Source: a virus. Taken from it: a stretch of 32,928 bases of DNA. Position 1 is the first letter of the stretch, and the number at the start of each line of letters is the position of its first letter. The position numbers and the translations under genes were made by a program. The DNA lies in the UHGV virus genome UHGV-0143082. One strand, written 5' to 3'. Under the pieces are notes generated by a model that saw nothing but the letters and a program-made list of their open reading frames with translations, ran no database searches and had not been told where the DNA came from. This document shows positions 20,713 to 30,469 of this stretch, in pieces.

Positions 20713-21150
20713 TCATCGAAGGCATTGCGTCCTGATGTATTCCTGCAAGTAGTTAACCTGCGCGGTTATCCTGTCGATTCCACTTCGGAGACGGTAATAA
20801 TTGAGTTCAGCATCTGCTGTAAGTCCTGGGCTTTCTCCATCGCCCATGCTGCTGGCTCCGGTCGTTGACTTTGCACAGGTGGCGGCGACTTGCAGGCGCT
20901 TACGACCAGCAGAAACATCAGCACGGAGACTTTCGATAGTCGCGTTAGCATCAGCAAGTTCCTTTGTATATCTTGCGTCGAGTTCTGCTACATCACGTTG
21001 ACGCTTCTGCATATCAGCGATGATGGATGTGGCTTTATCGCGCTGTTCTTTGTAGGCGATGGCGTTATCACGGTAATGATTAACAGCCCATGACAGGCAG
21101 ACGATGATGCAGATAACCAGAGCAGAGATAATCGCGGTGACTCTGCTCAT
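20713..21150 (-). CDS. Rz: Rz i-spanin
   Basis: N-terminal TM anchor [30 protein letters not shown] matches lambda Rz; overlaps endolysin stop. Confidence 0.85.
   Translation of the reverse strand: MSRVTAIISALVICIIVCLSWAVNHYRDNAIAYKEQRDKATSIIADMQKRQRDVAELDARYTKELADANATIESLRADVSAGRKRLQVAATCAKSTTGASSMGDGESPGLTADAELNYYRLRSGIDRITAQVNYLQEYIRTQCLR
20766..20957 (-). CDS. Rz1: Rz1 o-spanin lipoprotein embedded in Rz +1 frame
   Basis: Lipobox-like VVSAC followed by proline-rich segment, entirely inside Rz; true start may be an internal Met. Confidence 0.55.
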   Translation of the reverse strand: MLMLTRLSKVSVLMFLLVVSACKSPPPVQSQRPEPAAWAMEKAQDLQQMLNSIITVSEVESTG

Positions 21151-21623
21151 ACCTCAATCTCTCTGACCGTTCCGCCAGCTTCTTTGAATTTTGCAATCAG
21201 GCTGTCAACCTTATGCTCGAACTGACCGTAACCAGCCCCCGGCAGTGAAGCCCAGATATTGCTGCAACGGTCGATTGCCTGACGGATATCACCGCGATCA
21301 ATCATCGGTAAAGCGCCACGTTCCTTAATCTGTTGCAGTGCCACAGCGTCCTGGCTTTTCGGAGAGAAGTCTTTCAGGCCAAGCTGCTTACGATAGGCAT
21401 CCCACCAACGGGAAAGAAGCTGGTAACGTCCGGCTGCTGTTGATTTGAGTTTGGGGTTTAGCGTGACAAGTTTGCGAGGGTGATCGGAGTAATCAGTGAA
21501 TAGCTCTCCGCCAACAATGACGTCATAACCATGATTTCTGGTTTTCTGACGTCCGTTATCAGTTCCCTCCGACCACGCCAGCATATCGAGGAACGCCTTA
21601 CGTTGATTATTGATTTCCACCAT
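21147..21623 (-). CDS. R: Endolysin, lambda R-type lytic transglycosylase
   Basis: 158 aa; [53 protein letters not shown]... matches lambda R nearly residue-for-residue from memory. Confidence 0.9.
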   Translation of the reverse strand: MVEINNQRKAFLDMLAWSEGTDNGRQKTRNHGYDVIVGGELFTDYSDHPRKLVTLNPKLKSTAAGRYQLLSRWWDAYRKQLGLKDFSPKSQDAVALQQIKERGALPMIDRGDIRQAIDRCSNIWASLPGAGYGQFEHKVDSLIAKFKEAGGTVREIEV

Positions 21624-21930
21624 CTTCTACTCCGGCTTTTTTAGCAGCGAAGCGTTTGATAAGCGAACCAATCGAGTCAGTGCCGATATAGCCGATGAAC
21701 ACGCTCGTTATATAAGCGAGATTGCTACTTAGTCCGGCGAAGTCGAGAAGGTCACGAATGAACCAGGCGATAATGGCGCACATCGTTGCGTCGATTACTG
21801 TTTTTGTAAACGCACCGCCATTATATCTGCCGCGAAGGTACGCCATTGCAAACGCAAGGATTGCCCCGATGCCTTGTTCCTTTGCCGCGAGAATGGCGGC
21901 TAACAGGTCATGTTTTTCTGGCATCTTCAT
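21607..21930 (-). CDS. S: Holin/antiholin, lambda S-type with dual-start Met1-Lys2-Met3
   Basis: 107 aa; [41 protein letters not shown]... matches lambda S107. Confidence 0.9.
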   Translation of the reverse strand: MKMPEKHDLLAAILAAKEQGIGAILAFAMAYLRGRYNGGAFTKTVIDATMCAIIAWFIRDLLDFAGLSSNLAYITSVFIGYIGTDSIGSLIKRFAAKKAGVEDGGNQ

Positions 21931-22650
21931 GTCTTACCCCCAATAAGGGGATTTGCTCTATTTAATTAGGAATAAGGTCGATTACTGATAGAACAAATCC
22001 AGGCTACTGTGTTTAGTAATCAGATTTGTTCGTGACCGATATGCACGGGCAAAACGGCAGGAGGTTGTTAGCGCAGCCTCTTGCCACCCGCTTTCACGAA
22101 GGTCATGTGTAGAAGGCCGCAGCATAACTATCACTGATGAATTCAGGATAGCCAGTGGCTACGGCTCAGTTTGGATTGTGGCGACCGGTGCTGATCTCCG
22201 GTTTGCTGCAACTGCCTACAGCGGGCTACGTGGCCACACCGAATCCAGCGAAAGATTCTTGCCCTTACACATCAGCCTGTGCATTCACCACAACTGAAAG
22301 AGCACTTGCGGAGTCGAACCGCCTTGGCTTCTAGAACTTTCGCATATAGCTAATCGCTAGTCTCCGTCACCAGTAATGCTCTTTCCGTTGTGTGCCCATT
22401 ATTAATCACACCGGGCCAGTGCGCCGAATTTGTTTACAAGGAGTCGGAAGACCTTGCTGACTTACAGGCTATTACGCCGCCATCAGAACAACATCATCGT
22501 TTGCATTTATCTTTGTGGTCAGTTTCTAAAAAACCGCAAAGTCGCCAACTCTGACGAAAACTATCGTTGTGCTGCCACAACGATAAGAGCACTCGGTGCA
22601 TTTAAGCCAAGCCCCATAAGGGAGAATGCTCTTACCTGTTACACAGATAT

Positions 22651-22709
22651 AAAAAATCCCGAAACCGTTATGCAGGCTCTAACTATTACCTGCGAACTGT
22701 TTCGGGATT
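22651..22709 (-). terminator. tR' late terminator
   Basis: aatcccgaaac...gtttcgggatt stem followed by TTTTTT on the minus strand, same as lambda tR'. Confidence 0.7.
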
Positions 22710-22843
22710 GCATTTTGCAGACCTCTCTGCCTGCAATGGTTGGAGTTCCAGACGATACGTCGAAGTGACCAACTAGGCGGAATCGGTAGTAAGCGCCGCC
22801 TCTTTTCATCTCACTACCACAACGAGCGAATTAACCCATCGTT
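22651..22843 (-). ncRNA. pR' leader transcript (lambda 6S RNA equivalent)
   Basis: About 193 nt from predicted pR' start to tR'; sequence matches the lambda pR'-tR' region from memory. Confidence 0.55.
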
Positions 22844-22878
22844 GAGTCAAATTTACCCAATTTTATTCAATAAGTCAA
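22844..22878 (-). promoter_or_regulatory. Late promoter pR' with Q-utilization (qut) region
   Basis: On minus: -35 TTGACT (22873-22878), 17-bp spacer, -10 TAAATT (22850-22855); about 43 bp downstream of the Q stop. Confidence 0.65.
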
Positions 22879-22920
22879 TATCATGCCGTTAATATGTTGC
22901 CATCCGTGGCAATCATGCTG

Positions 22921-23544
22921 CTAACGTGTGACCGCATTCAAAATGTTGTCTGCGATTGACTCTTCTTTGTGGCATTGCACCACCAGAGCGTCATACAGCG
23001 GCTTAACAGTGCGTGACCAGGTGGGTTGAGTAAGGTTTGGGATTAGCATCGTTACAGCGCGATATGCGGCGCTTGCTGGCATTCTTGAATAGCCGACACC
23101 TTTGCATCTTCCGCATTCTTTCTCAACAACTCTCCCCCACAGTTCTGTTTTGGCTATATCAACCGCCCGACCTGTACCGTGGCAATCTCTGCATCTTGCG
23201 CCCGGCGTCGCGGCACTACGGCAATAATCAGCATAAGCGAATGTTGCGAGCACTTGCAGTACCTTTGCCTTAGTATTTCCTTCAAGCTTTGCAACGCAAC
23301 GGTATTTCCCCGATACCTTGTGTGCAAATTGCATCAGATAGTTGATGGCTTTTTGTTTGTCATTCTGGCTGAGTTCGTGCTTACCACAGAACGCAGCCAT
23401 TCCAAATCCGGCTTGTGATTGCGCCATCCCCATAGCAGCCATCACATCAGTACCGGAAAGAGAGTCAGAAGCCGTAGCCCGTGGTGAGTCGCTCATCATC
23501 GGGCTTTTTGGCGAATGAAATTTAGCCACGCTTTCGAGTCTCAT
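22921..23544 (-). CDS. Q: Late antiterminator Q (lambda type)
   Basis: 207 aa; [34 protein letters not shown]... with zinc-finger Cys cluster; matches lambda Q from memory. Confidence 0.9.
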   Translation of the reverse strand: MRLESVAKFHSPKSPMMSDSPRATASDSLSGTDVMAAMGMAQSQAGFGMAAFCGKHELSQNDKQKAINYLMQFAHKVSGKYRCVAKLEGNTKAKVLQVLATFAYADYCRSAATPGARCRDCHGTGRAVDIAKTELWGRVVEKECGRCKGVGYSRMPASAAYRAVTMLIPNLTQPTWSRTVKPLYDALVVQCHKEESIADNILNAVTR

Positions 23545-24206
23545 GCGCCTTCTCCCTGTACTTGAATCAATGTGAGGTTTCCGCAGAACACTGCGCCGGT
23601 ATCGATATACATCTGGTTGGCAAACTTGAGTGGTTTCACTGCTGGCGTATGACCAAAGATGAACGTGTCCGCGCCTTTGATTTCTTTCACGATCCCGTCT
23701 TGTGAGTTGCTGATTCGTTCGCGGTTCCAGATTACCTGCTGATGATCAACTGGCTTTCCAAACTCGTATTCGTCACAAGGATAATCGGCGTGGCAGATGA
23801 CATATTTTTTATCTTTGCTCACCAGTTCGATGATTAACGGAAGTTCATCTGCTTTATGGGCAAGAGCTTTAGCCAGAATTTCTTTGTCGTAATCGAGATT
23901 AAAGAACCAGCCACCGCCATTAAGCAGCCAGTGATTGACGTTTCCACGCTCTGATAAGCCATCAATCATCATTTGCTCATGGTTTCCACGTACAGCTCTG
24001 AACCAGGGGGATGTGATTAATTCCAGGCATTCGACGTTCTCTGTACCGCGATCAACCAAATCGCCCACCGAGATAAGCAGGTCTTTTTTGGTGTCGAATC
24101 CTATCGTCTCCAGTTTTTTCATCAGGTTCGTGTAGCATCCGTGCAGATCGCCAACTACCCAAATATTTCGGTATTTGCTGCCATCAATTCTTTCGTAATA
24201 GCGCAT
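23541..24206 (-). CDS. ninI: Ser/Thr protein phosphatase (lambda NinI/PPase)
   Basis: From ATG 24206: [28 protein letters not shown]...GNHE; metallophosphoesterase motifs GDLHG, GDLVDRG, GNHE; 221 aa. Confidence 0.85.
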   Translation of the reverse strand: MRYYERIDGSKYRNIWVVGDLHGCYTNLMKKLETIGFDTKKDLLISVGDLVDRGTENVECLELITSPWFRAVRGNHEQMMIDGLSERGNVNHWLLNGGGWFFNLDYDKEILAKALAHKADELPLIIELVSKDKKYVICHADYPCDEYEFGKPVDHQQVIWNRERISNSQDGIVKEIKGADTFIFGHTPAVKPLKFANQMYIDTGAVFCGNLTLIQVQGEGA

Positions 24207-24390
24207 CTCTTTCACTCCATCCGCGATGAACCATAAGAACGTCGTTGACGATGGCGTGCATTTTCCCGTCTTTATCATCAACGTATTTTCTGACCGTGCC
24301 GCGACTACATTTCAGTCTGCGTGCTACTTCTGTCTGGTTTCCGTATGCTTCAACGAGCATGTCTGGAATGGTTTTTACTGAGAACGTCAT
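24184..24390 (-). CDS. ninH: NinH
   Basis: 68 aa [37 protein letters not shown]... matches lambda NinH. Confidence 0.85.
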   Translation of the reverse strand: MTFSVKTIPDMLVEAYGNQTEVARRLKCSRGTVRKYVDDKDGKMHAIVNDVLMVHRGWSERDALLRKN

Positions 24391-24989
24391 GCGGCCTCAC
24401 TTCTGCTGTTTCGCAGGTCTTTGAGTTTCTGCTGATACTCCGCCTTGATGGCCCTGCACTCTTCGACAGTCCAGCGATGGCGGTTATGGTTTGATTCGAT
24501 TTCGTCTACTGCTTCCTGCCCGATGCGGCTAATCAGTTCGACGCGATACGGAACGAGATTCCCGCTTTTGTGCTGGTTGCACACCACGCATTGCTTGTGA
24601 ATATTGCGTTCATCAAATCGGAGTTGAGGCGCCGCAGCAGTTGTCCGGTAATGCCCGGCATCCCACTGAGCAGACGTGAGCGTTCCGCACGAGATACATG
24701 GTAAGTCGCGGTCTCTTTCTCTGATGAAGGCGTTTACAGCTTGTTGGGCTTGTTTAATCCAGTAACTGCGGGGCTTTAAGGCGAGTTTTCGAATCTTAAG
24801 TTTATCTTTCTGTTTCTGCTCCTCTCGTCGTCGTTTCTTCTCTGCTGCCTTTTCCGCTTTTTCGCGTTCTTTGCTTCGTCGTTCGAGTGCTATCTTGGTT
24901 CCACAAATCTCATTACACCAATATTGATTTTGATATTTTGGTATAAACCATTCATTGCAACATTTACATTTCCTTCGATAGATTCGCAT
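24387..24989 (-). CDS. ninG: NinG (Rap-like recombination endonuclease), N-terminally remodelled
   Basis: From ATG 24989 (strong SD AAAGGAG): [15 protein letters not shown]... then near-identical to lambda NinG from [18 protein letters not shown] onward. Confidence 0.8.
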   Translation of the reverse strand: MRIYRRKCKCCNEWFIPKYQNQYWCNEICGTKIALERRSKEREKAEKAAEKKRRREEQKQKDKLKIRKLALKPRSYWIKQAQQAVNAFIRERDRDLPCISCGTLTSAQWDAGHYRTTAAAPQLRFDERNIHKQCVVCNQHKSGNLVPYRVELISRIGQEAVDEIESNHNRHRWTVEECRAIKAEYQQKLKDLRNSRSEAA

Positions 24990-25530
24990 AAGTGCTCCTT
25001 TCGTTGCCGGAAAAATCACCGTAATACTTATCTCGGGCTTCTTCAGCAACTAGTACCGCTAACTCCAGATCATCAAAGCATCCGAAGTGTTTACTCTTGC
25101 CATGGAAACCTAGCCTAACATTCCATTTTTTCTGTCGTTTGTGCCAAGTAACTCCTCTGCAACCTGATTTGCTATTCTTTCGGATCCTTATATTTCTTGA
25201 ATTTTCTATTGGCAGGCATTCTCTTAAATTTTCTGGCCTATTGTCGGTCCTAATTCCATTAACGTGGTCAATTTGACCAGCAGGCCAACGATTATGAGTT
25301 ATGTAAAAAACTAAGACGTGAGTTTTATATCTACGCCCATCTATCATGATCATTGAATAACCGTTGGAATCAAAAGTTCCAGCAACACTATTTAATGCTA
25401 TCCTTCCCTGAGTGGGAACTTTCCATCTAAATACCCCGGTAGATTTATCGAAACTTAGTAACTCAAATATCCTTTTAACAGTTAAATCTTCTCTTTTACG
25501 GTTACATCGTCTTCGCGCTGGTTTAGCCAT
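24964..25530 (-). CDS. HNH homing endonuclease with AP2-like DNA-binding domain, inserted at the 5' end of ninG
   Basis: 188 aa; HNH motif [16 protein letters not shown]; AP2-like [17 protein letters not shown]; first 29 nt identical to the lambda ninG start (MAKPARRRC) before an AT-rich insert. Confidence 0.75.
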   Translation of the reverse strand: MAKPARRRCNRKREDLTVKRIFELLSFDKSTGVFRWKVPTQGRIALNSVAGTFDSNGYSMIMIDGRRYKTHVLVFYITHNRWPAGQIDHVNGIRTDNRPENLRECLPIENSRNIRIRKNSKSGCRGVTWHKRQKKWNVRLGFHGKSKHFGCFDDLELAVLVAEEARDKYYGDFSGNERSTYANLSKEM

Positions 25531-25693
25531 TGTCTTCTTCCTCGTGCATCGAACTATTCGGATCGCTCATCAGTTCTGCGCAGCAGTGCTCACACACGTG
25601 AACTTCCAGCACATGCAACTTCTGACCGCAGTTAGCGCACGTTAAAGCCCGCTCGACGCTTTCTTGTTCGTAACTTCGATTTGGGTCAATCAC
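25523..25693 (-). CDS. ninF: NinF
   Basis: 56 aa from GTG: [56 protein letters not shown]; below the ORF-track cutoff. Confidence 0.6.
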   Translation of the reverse strand: MIDPNRSYEQESVERALTCANCGQKLHVLEVHVCEHCCAELMSDPNSSMHEEEDNG

Positions 25694-25872
25694 CTTGTTT
25701 TCCTCGCACGTTCTCTAAGCCACCGGATATCCCACAGGTGAGCCGTGTAGTTGAAGGTTTTTACGTCAGATTCTTTTGGGATTGGCTTGCGTTTATTTCT
25801 GGAGCGTTTCGTTGGAAGGTATTTGCAGTTTTCGCAGATGATGTCGGTGATACTTCGTCGCTGTCGCCTCAT
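25690..25872 (-). CDS. ninE: NinE
   Basis: From ATG 25872: [60 protein letters not shown]. Confidence 0.7.
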   Translation of the reverse strand: MRRQRRSITDIICENCKYLPTKRSRNKRKPIPKESDVKTFNYTAHLWDIRWLRERARKTR

Positions 25873-26396
25873 GCCGCCCTCCTGACGCCCTGCCCGATCG
25901 CCATCAATGCCGCTTTGGATACGGTAGTAAACATCCGTCGAGGACTGATGAACGGTCGCCAAATCAGCAACATGGAACCTTTGCTGTTTCCCTTCTTCTC
26001 CAGCCCTGTCGATGGTTCGATAAAATTAATCCGTCCATCAGTGATAATGCGAACTTCGTCGACACTCTCCAGAGCCTTGCTGAACCATCCGACTGACATA
26101 TCCTCTGGCACAAGCATAACTACCGTCTGTCGCTGTTGTATGCACTGCTCAGCGGCTTTTTCCACCCACGGCCTGATATTGCTGTACGGTGGGTTATTCC
26201 AGATTGCACCGTGGCTTATCCACTCAGAATTTAGCGCGTCGTCAGCCTCAGTTAGCCAGTGAGCGCACAGAGCATTTTTGTCGCTCGCTGCCGAATCCAG
26301 CCAGAATCCAAACTCAATATCCAGTGCATCAAAAAGCCAAAGCGGCGTTTGCCAGCAGTCCTTGTCGTGTGCTGGTGTATTTGATTTGATAGTCAT
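25869..26396 (-). CDS. Phage DNA N6-adenine methyltransferase (Dam-type)
   Basis: 175 aa; catalytic motif WNNPPYSN (NPPY); sits where lambda has ninC/ninD. Confidence 0.8.
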   Translation of the reverse strand: MTIKSNTPAHDKDCWQTPLWLFDALDIEFGFWLDSAASDKNALCAHWLTEADDALNSEWISHGAIWNNPPYSNIRPWVEKAAEQCIQQRQTVVMLVPEDMSVGWFSKALESVDEVRIITDGRINFIEPSTGLEKKGNSKGSMLLIWRPFISPRRMFTTVSKAALMAIGQGVRRAA

Positions 26397-26839
26397 GCAG
26401 CCCTACCTTTTCGTTGTGACCATTCATACTCTCGCCGGGAGTCATCACTCCACCGCACGTTGCGCTCTGAGCCGAACCAGAACATGATTTCGATAAGCTC
26501 AGTCATGCTGGCCTTTCGCATTTTGCTGGTACGCACGCCAAGCATAACAACGCCACCGTCGATACCAGGCGCACTTCGTTGCTCCAGTTTTTTGGTCTTA
26601 AGCCACAGGGCAGTGAACAGATCTTTCCAGTCCTCCGGCGCAAGTCTCTCTCCATGCCAGAGCACCTGACGCGATACGTCCTGCAATAACGCCCACATAA
26701 GGCGGTTTTGAGGATTGCTCCGCTTTGGTTCTTTAATGTGGACTTCGTGAGGTGACTTGTCGTCGATCGGAAGTGAGAGTATTGCGTCTATGGCGTTGTT
26801 TCTGATTGCTTCGTTGCGAAGCATGTATATTTGCTTCAT
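26393..26839 (-). CDS. ninB: NinB (Orf-family recombination mediator)
   Basis: Similarity to lambda NinB (...DVSRQVLWHGERL... and C-terminal WSQRKGRAA vs lambda WKARWGDRAA); start probably the Met at MKQIYMLRNE. Confidence 0.8.
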   Translation of the reverse strand: MKQIYMLRNEAIRNNAIDAILSLPIDDKSPHEVHIKEPKRSNPQNRLMWALLQDVSRQVLWHGERLAPEDWKDLFTALWLKTKKLEQRSAPGIDGGVVMLGVRTSKMRKASMTELIEIMFWFGSERNVRWSDDSRREYEWSQRKGRAA

Positions 26840-26846
26840 CGTTACC

Positions 26847-27053
26847 TCAACTAACAAAACGCCACGCCATTTTTGCTACAGCGACAGGCATAACACCGAT
26901 AATCACCCAGACAAATGCAGCGCCAAACAACGTATACCATGGGTCTTTACCGTCATTCACAAGACGAATGTAGCTATGCAGAACAATAAAAAACGTCAGA
27001 AGAATCCATCCAACGCCAACGCATTTGAGTGCGACGAGCATAAACTCAGCCAC
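26847..27053 (-). CDS. Small membrane protein, unknown function
   Basis: 68 aa, two hydrophobic helices; SD GGGGGAGAG before ATG 27053; directly downstream of the tR2-like terminator. Confidence 0.45.
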   Translation of the reverse strand: MAEFMLVALKCVGVGWILLTFFIVLHSYIRLVNDGKDPWYTLFGAAFVWVIIGVMPVAVAKMAWRFVS

Positions 27054-27070
27054 GATTTACTCTCCCCCAA

Positions 27071-27101
27071 ATAAAAAGGCCTGCGATTACCAGCAGGCCT
27101 G
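27071..27101 (-). terminator. tR2-like rho-independent terminator between replication genes and nin region
   Basis: aggcctgc-(8 nt loop)-gcaggcct stem followed by TTTTTATTT on the minus strand. Confidence 0.6.
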
Positions 27102-27129
27102 TTATTAGCTCAGTGATGTAGATGGTCAT

Positions 27130-29022
27130 TTAATACTCCGTCACGTTTTCCTGTCGCCACGCCTCGTCATATTCCGATTTCGGCATATTGGCGATGTAGC
27201 TATATGGCGATCCTGATTCAAGTTGCAGGAACTGGTGCGATTGCTCGTCAAGGAACAACGGGACACCACCTTCCCAACCTTCGCCGTTACGTTGTTTTTC
27301 AAGCATCAAAACAGATGCCGGAGATGCCAGTAGCTGTTCGTCCTTCTCTGACATCTTTTCACCACTCTGAACTCTCTGTAACGCTCTCTCGCGAGCCTTG
27401 TTACGCCAGATGATGAAAAGGTTGTCTGTCAGGTCTGTTATCGCTCCAGAGCCTTTTACGTCCATTTTCCCGGTTGGTTTTTCTTCGCTGTCTCCTTTTC
27501 TGGAGTGAGTAACGAGAATGACGTGGGAGTTTGTTTTGTTTTTGAAGTCGCAAATCGAGTCAACAAACGCCTTCTGCCCGTTATAGTCATCGTCGCCTAT
27601 GCCACATTTCATCAGGCTGTCGATGATGAATAACTGGATCCCGTATCGGCGGCGAGCGTAGTCGAATATTTCGATCAGCCTGTCGGCTTTCGCCGTTCCG
27701 GTCAGGCCAAACACCCAAAGTCTTTCGTCATAAAATTTAAATGCAGAGTCAATTTCCAGCACTGGCGGCATCTTGCAGCACGTCGCCTGACGGGTAAGGC
27801 GCTTAAGGAGAATACCAGGCTTCAGCTCAAGTGACGCGATGCACGTCTTCACACCCTGACGCATTGCCTCAAGTGCCATATGCCCGACAACCTCCGTTTT
27901 TCCGTGACCGTTCACACCATTGACCAGCGTCAACTCGGCCTCACGGAACTGGAATTTATCTGCCAGAGATTCCCACGGTGGATTAAACAGATACTGCTGC
28001 TTGCCGTAGAAAGCGTTGATAGTGTCCTGGTAAAACTCTCGCGCGCTGTAGAGTTCTTCAGGATCGAAGTAGGATGCCGTGCCGATGTACTGCCAGATTT
28101 CATCCTCGGTAACACCGTTCATCAGGCATTCGTTGATGTCTTTGTACGGCAGAGTAACAAGACGGCAACGATGTTCACCGAGTCGGCTTGCGATTTCCCT
28201 TGCGGCTTCACGACCAACATCATCAACGTCCATCGAGATGAATATTTCCTCAAACCTGTCGAGGTTGTGATACTCAAACTCAATCCACTGCTGCTTAGCG
28301 CCTTTCCCGCCACCAAACGGTACGGATAACGCCGAGATGCCGTATTGCGCATAGCTCATACAATCAATTTCGCCTTCGCAAAGTACAACCGCCCTCACGC
28401 CAGCGTCCAGAGCCTGCCATCCGAACAGACAAGGTTCGCAATCACCTTCTGCCATAATGACTTTCTTCCCGCCCGGGCGCTCAGTGCTGATTCGCTTTAC
28501 CTGCAACAACTCACCATCGCGTTTGTACGGAAGCACCAGAGCATCCAGTTCTCGCTCTCCATTCCACACCTTGCCGCTGACAACCTCGTAGCGCTTTACG
28601 ACTTCTGGCGATATGCCACGCGATTGCAGGTACTCAAGATGGGATTCTGTTCTGGTAACGTAGCGGGCAATTTTCTTGCGATCAGGTCTGGAGAATTTCT
28701 TCTCACGTCTGGCATCGAAATGGTGATCGTCATCCTTGATACCGAGAAATGCTTTCGCTTCCTGCATAGCCTGATGCAGGTTAATTCCTCGACATGCCAT
28801 CCACAAATCAAGCATGTCACCGCCGTCTCCCTCAGCGAAATCAGCCCATTTTTTCTTGCCGCTAAGGTTGACCTTAAGGCTGTTTCCCTTGTCACCGTTG
28901 ACGTTACCGGCAACCCACTCATGCCCCTCTTTCTTGCCGTTTGGCAACAGGTGCGGAGCCACCCTGTCAACCTGCGCCCAAAGCAGGTCGCTAAGTTCTG
29001 ATGGACTCAAAGGTGCCTCCAT
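27130..29022 (-). CDS. Bifunctional primase-helicase replication protein
   Basis: 630 aa; TOPRIM-like acidic segment (VLCEGEIDCMSY) in the N-terminal half, helicase-like C-terminal half. Confidence 0.75.
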   Translation of the reverse strand: MEAPLSPSELSDLLWAQVDRVAPHLLPNGKKEGHEWVAGNVNGDKGNSLKVNLSGKKKWADFAEGDGGDMLDLWMACRGINLHQAMQEAKAFLGIKDDDHHFDARREKKFSRPDRKKIARYVTRTESHLEYLQSRGISPEVVKRYEVVSGKVWNGERELDALVLPYKRDGELLQVKRISTERPGGKKVIMAEGDCEPCLFGWQALDAGVRAVVLCEGEIDCMSYAQYGISALSVPFGGGKGAKQQWIEFEYHNLDRFEEIFISMDVDDVGREAAREIASRLGEHRCRLVTLPYKDINECLMNGVTEDEIWQYIGTASYFDPEELYSAREFYQDTINAFYGKQQYLFNPPWESLADKFQFREAELTLVNGVNGHGKTEVVGHMALEAMRQGVKTCIASLELKPGILLKRLTRQATCCKMPPVLEIDSAFKFYDERLWVFGLTGTAKADRLIEIFDYARRRYGIQLFIIDSLMKCGIGDDDYNGQKAFVDSICDFKNKTNSHVILVTHSRKGDSEEKPTGKMDVKGSGAITDLTDNLFIIWRNKARERALQRVQSGEKMSEKDEQLLASPASVLMLEKQRNGEGWEGGVPLFLDEQSHQFLQLESGSPYSYIANMPKSEYDEAWRQENVTEY

Positions 29023-29501
29023 GCGTTTCCTCTGCGGATTGTGGAAATTTGCATTTCACTCACTCCGTATTTAGTGGATAGTTCGCTTAGTTTCATACCA
29101 ACAGAATTCCTGATATCAATCACATCAGTTTCAGATAGGTTTGCCCTACCATTAAAAACTCCCTTTGCGCTTTTCAGTCCGATGCTAAAAGCATGTTTTA
29201 AATTCTCTGAGCAGGTACACCATTCCAAGTTCCAAATGGCGTTATCCGATTTGTCGCCGTTGATATGATTTACTTCTGGCTTGCAATACGGATTTGGGAT
29301 AAATAATTGAGCTACAAGACGATGAACTTTTAACGTCTTCTGAATCCCATCGGAACACAAAGTGACTCTTAGATAACCCTTGTTATCCGGAGATGGATTC
29401 AAAAACCTGCCTCTTAAATGTGAATAAACACGACCGTCTTTGGTTACAGAGTATTTACCCTCATAACCAGGTATATATTCTCCAACTTCAAGGCTCATCA
29501 T
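29007..29501 (-). CDS. HNH homing endonuclease (NUMOD4-like N-terminus plus HNH)
   Basis: 164 aa; YEGKYSVTKDGRVYS motif; HNH core VNHINGDKSDNAIWNLEWCTCSENLKHA; AT-rich gene; SD GAGGGA before ATGATG. Confidence 0.75.
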   Translation of the reverse strand: MMSLEVGEYIPGYEGKYSVTKDGRVYSHLRGRFLNPSPDNKGYLRVTLCSDGIQKTLKVHRLVAQLFIPNPYCKPEVNHINGDKSDNAIWNLEWCTCSENLKHAFSIGLKSAKGVFNGRANLSETDVIDIRNSVGMKLSELSTKYGVSEMQISTIRRGNAWRHL

Positions 29502-29608
29502 GATTCCCTCAGATTGAGATTTTTAAACCAGAAATCGACAAACGAAATACTTAACCAGCCGTGGTTATAACCAGCGACCAGTAGCGATTTGATTTTTGAT
29601 TTCATGGT

Positions 29609-30469
29609 TCACCTGTCGAAAAACACGTAGCCAGTTTTCGATACGGTGATTGCGGATGATGGTTTGGATTGTGGTTGAATAGTTTCTGGCTTCTCGTCGT
29701 TCCAGCGTTGACCGTTCAGGTAGCTCGATGGTAACAACCTGTCGAATCCGAACTGCTTACCATTCCTGCATGCGATGTCTTCTGCCAGCATCGTGGCAAA
29801 CTCGCTTGCCGTACCCCTGGTAGTTTTACGCCATTCCCTGAACTGTGTTCTGAATGCCGAAGCTGCGTTTTTCTTCCCGGCTTTCCGCATGCCTGCACAC
29901 CAGAATATTTCCTCGAATGCCTTGTCGGTTTCTTCGTGACGGTCATGTGATTTTTCACACTCCGTCCGAACACTTTCGGACATAGTGTTTTTATTATTTC
30001 TTTTTTCTTTTGTAATAGTTTCTTTTGTGTGTCCCTGTTTTGGTGACAGCGCTGTCACCGTTTTGGTGACACTTTTTGTCACCAATGCAGTGACATTATC
30101 ACCAGAGTAGTGACACCCTTCTATTTGCCATTCCTCGATGTTCTTGTTAGGCCCGATTTGCTGGCCTTCGCGAAGGATAACCTTCATCGCGATAAGCTCA
30201 TTCTTGGCCTTGTTTACCTTCTGTCTTGGCAGCCTGGTAATTTGAGCTAACTGACTATCAGAGATGCGATCCATCTTTTTACCGTAGCCGTATGTTTTAC
30301 GGCATATGGCGTGGGCAACCTTGCTCTGATTTTTCGTTAAATCTGCGCCGATAAGCTCTTCATACAGGGCATTTGCAAGACGGGTATAACCATCTTCAAC
30401 TTCTGCCACACGACGCTCCACAGGCCGTTGTGAAGGCCTTAAATGTGTTACGGTTGCAAGATTACTCAT
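29609..30469 (-). CDS. Replication initiator, lambda O-like N-terminal domain with divergent C-terminus
   Basis: N-terminal region resembles lambda O ([24 protein letters not shown]...[25 protein letters not shown]...GPNKNIEEW); iterons and AT-rich tract inside the gene. Confidence 0.75.
   Translation of the reverse strand: MSNLATVTHLRPSQRPVERRVAEVEDGYTRLANALYEELIGADLTKNQSKVAHAICRKTYGYGKKMDRISDSQLAQITRLPRQKVNKAKNELIAMKVILREGQQIGPNKNIEEWQIEGCHYSGDNVTALVTKSVTKTVTALSPKQGHTKETITKEKRNNKNTMSESVRTECEKSHDRHEETDKAFEEIFWCAGMRKAGKKNAASAFRTQFREWRKTTRGTASEFATMLAEDIACRNGKQFGFDRLLPSSYLNGQRWNDEKPETIQPQSKPSSAITVSKTGYVFFDR
29981..30120. repeat. Replication origin: four iterons plus adjacent AT-rich tract inside the O-like gene
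   Basis: Units GGTGACA-N5-TGTCACC at 30042-30059, 30065-30083, 30087-30103, 30107-30118 with about 22 bp periodicity; AT-rich 29985-30030 downstream in the direction of O transcription. Confidence 0.6.

Noticed and set aside
22285-22395. Possible tRNA gene (T-arm-like GGTTCGACTCC with 7-bp acceptor-like pairing gagcatt/agtgctc)
   Set aside because: No D-arm or anticodon arm could be folded by hand and the candidate is about 82 nt with no CCA; retained only as a repeat/hairpin observation
22430-22768. 112-aa + strand ORF in the Q-S intergenic region
   Set aside because: Runs antisense across the tR' terminator and 6S leader, which match lambda noncoding sequence
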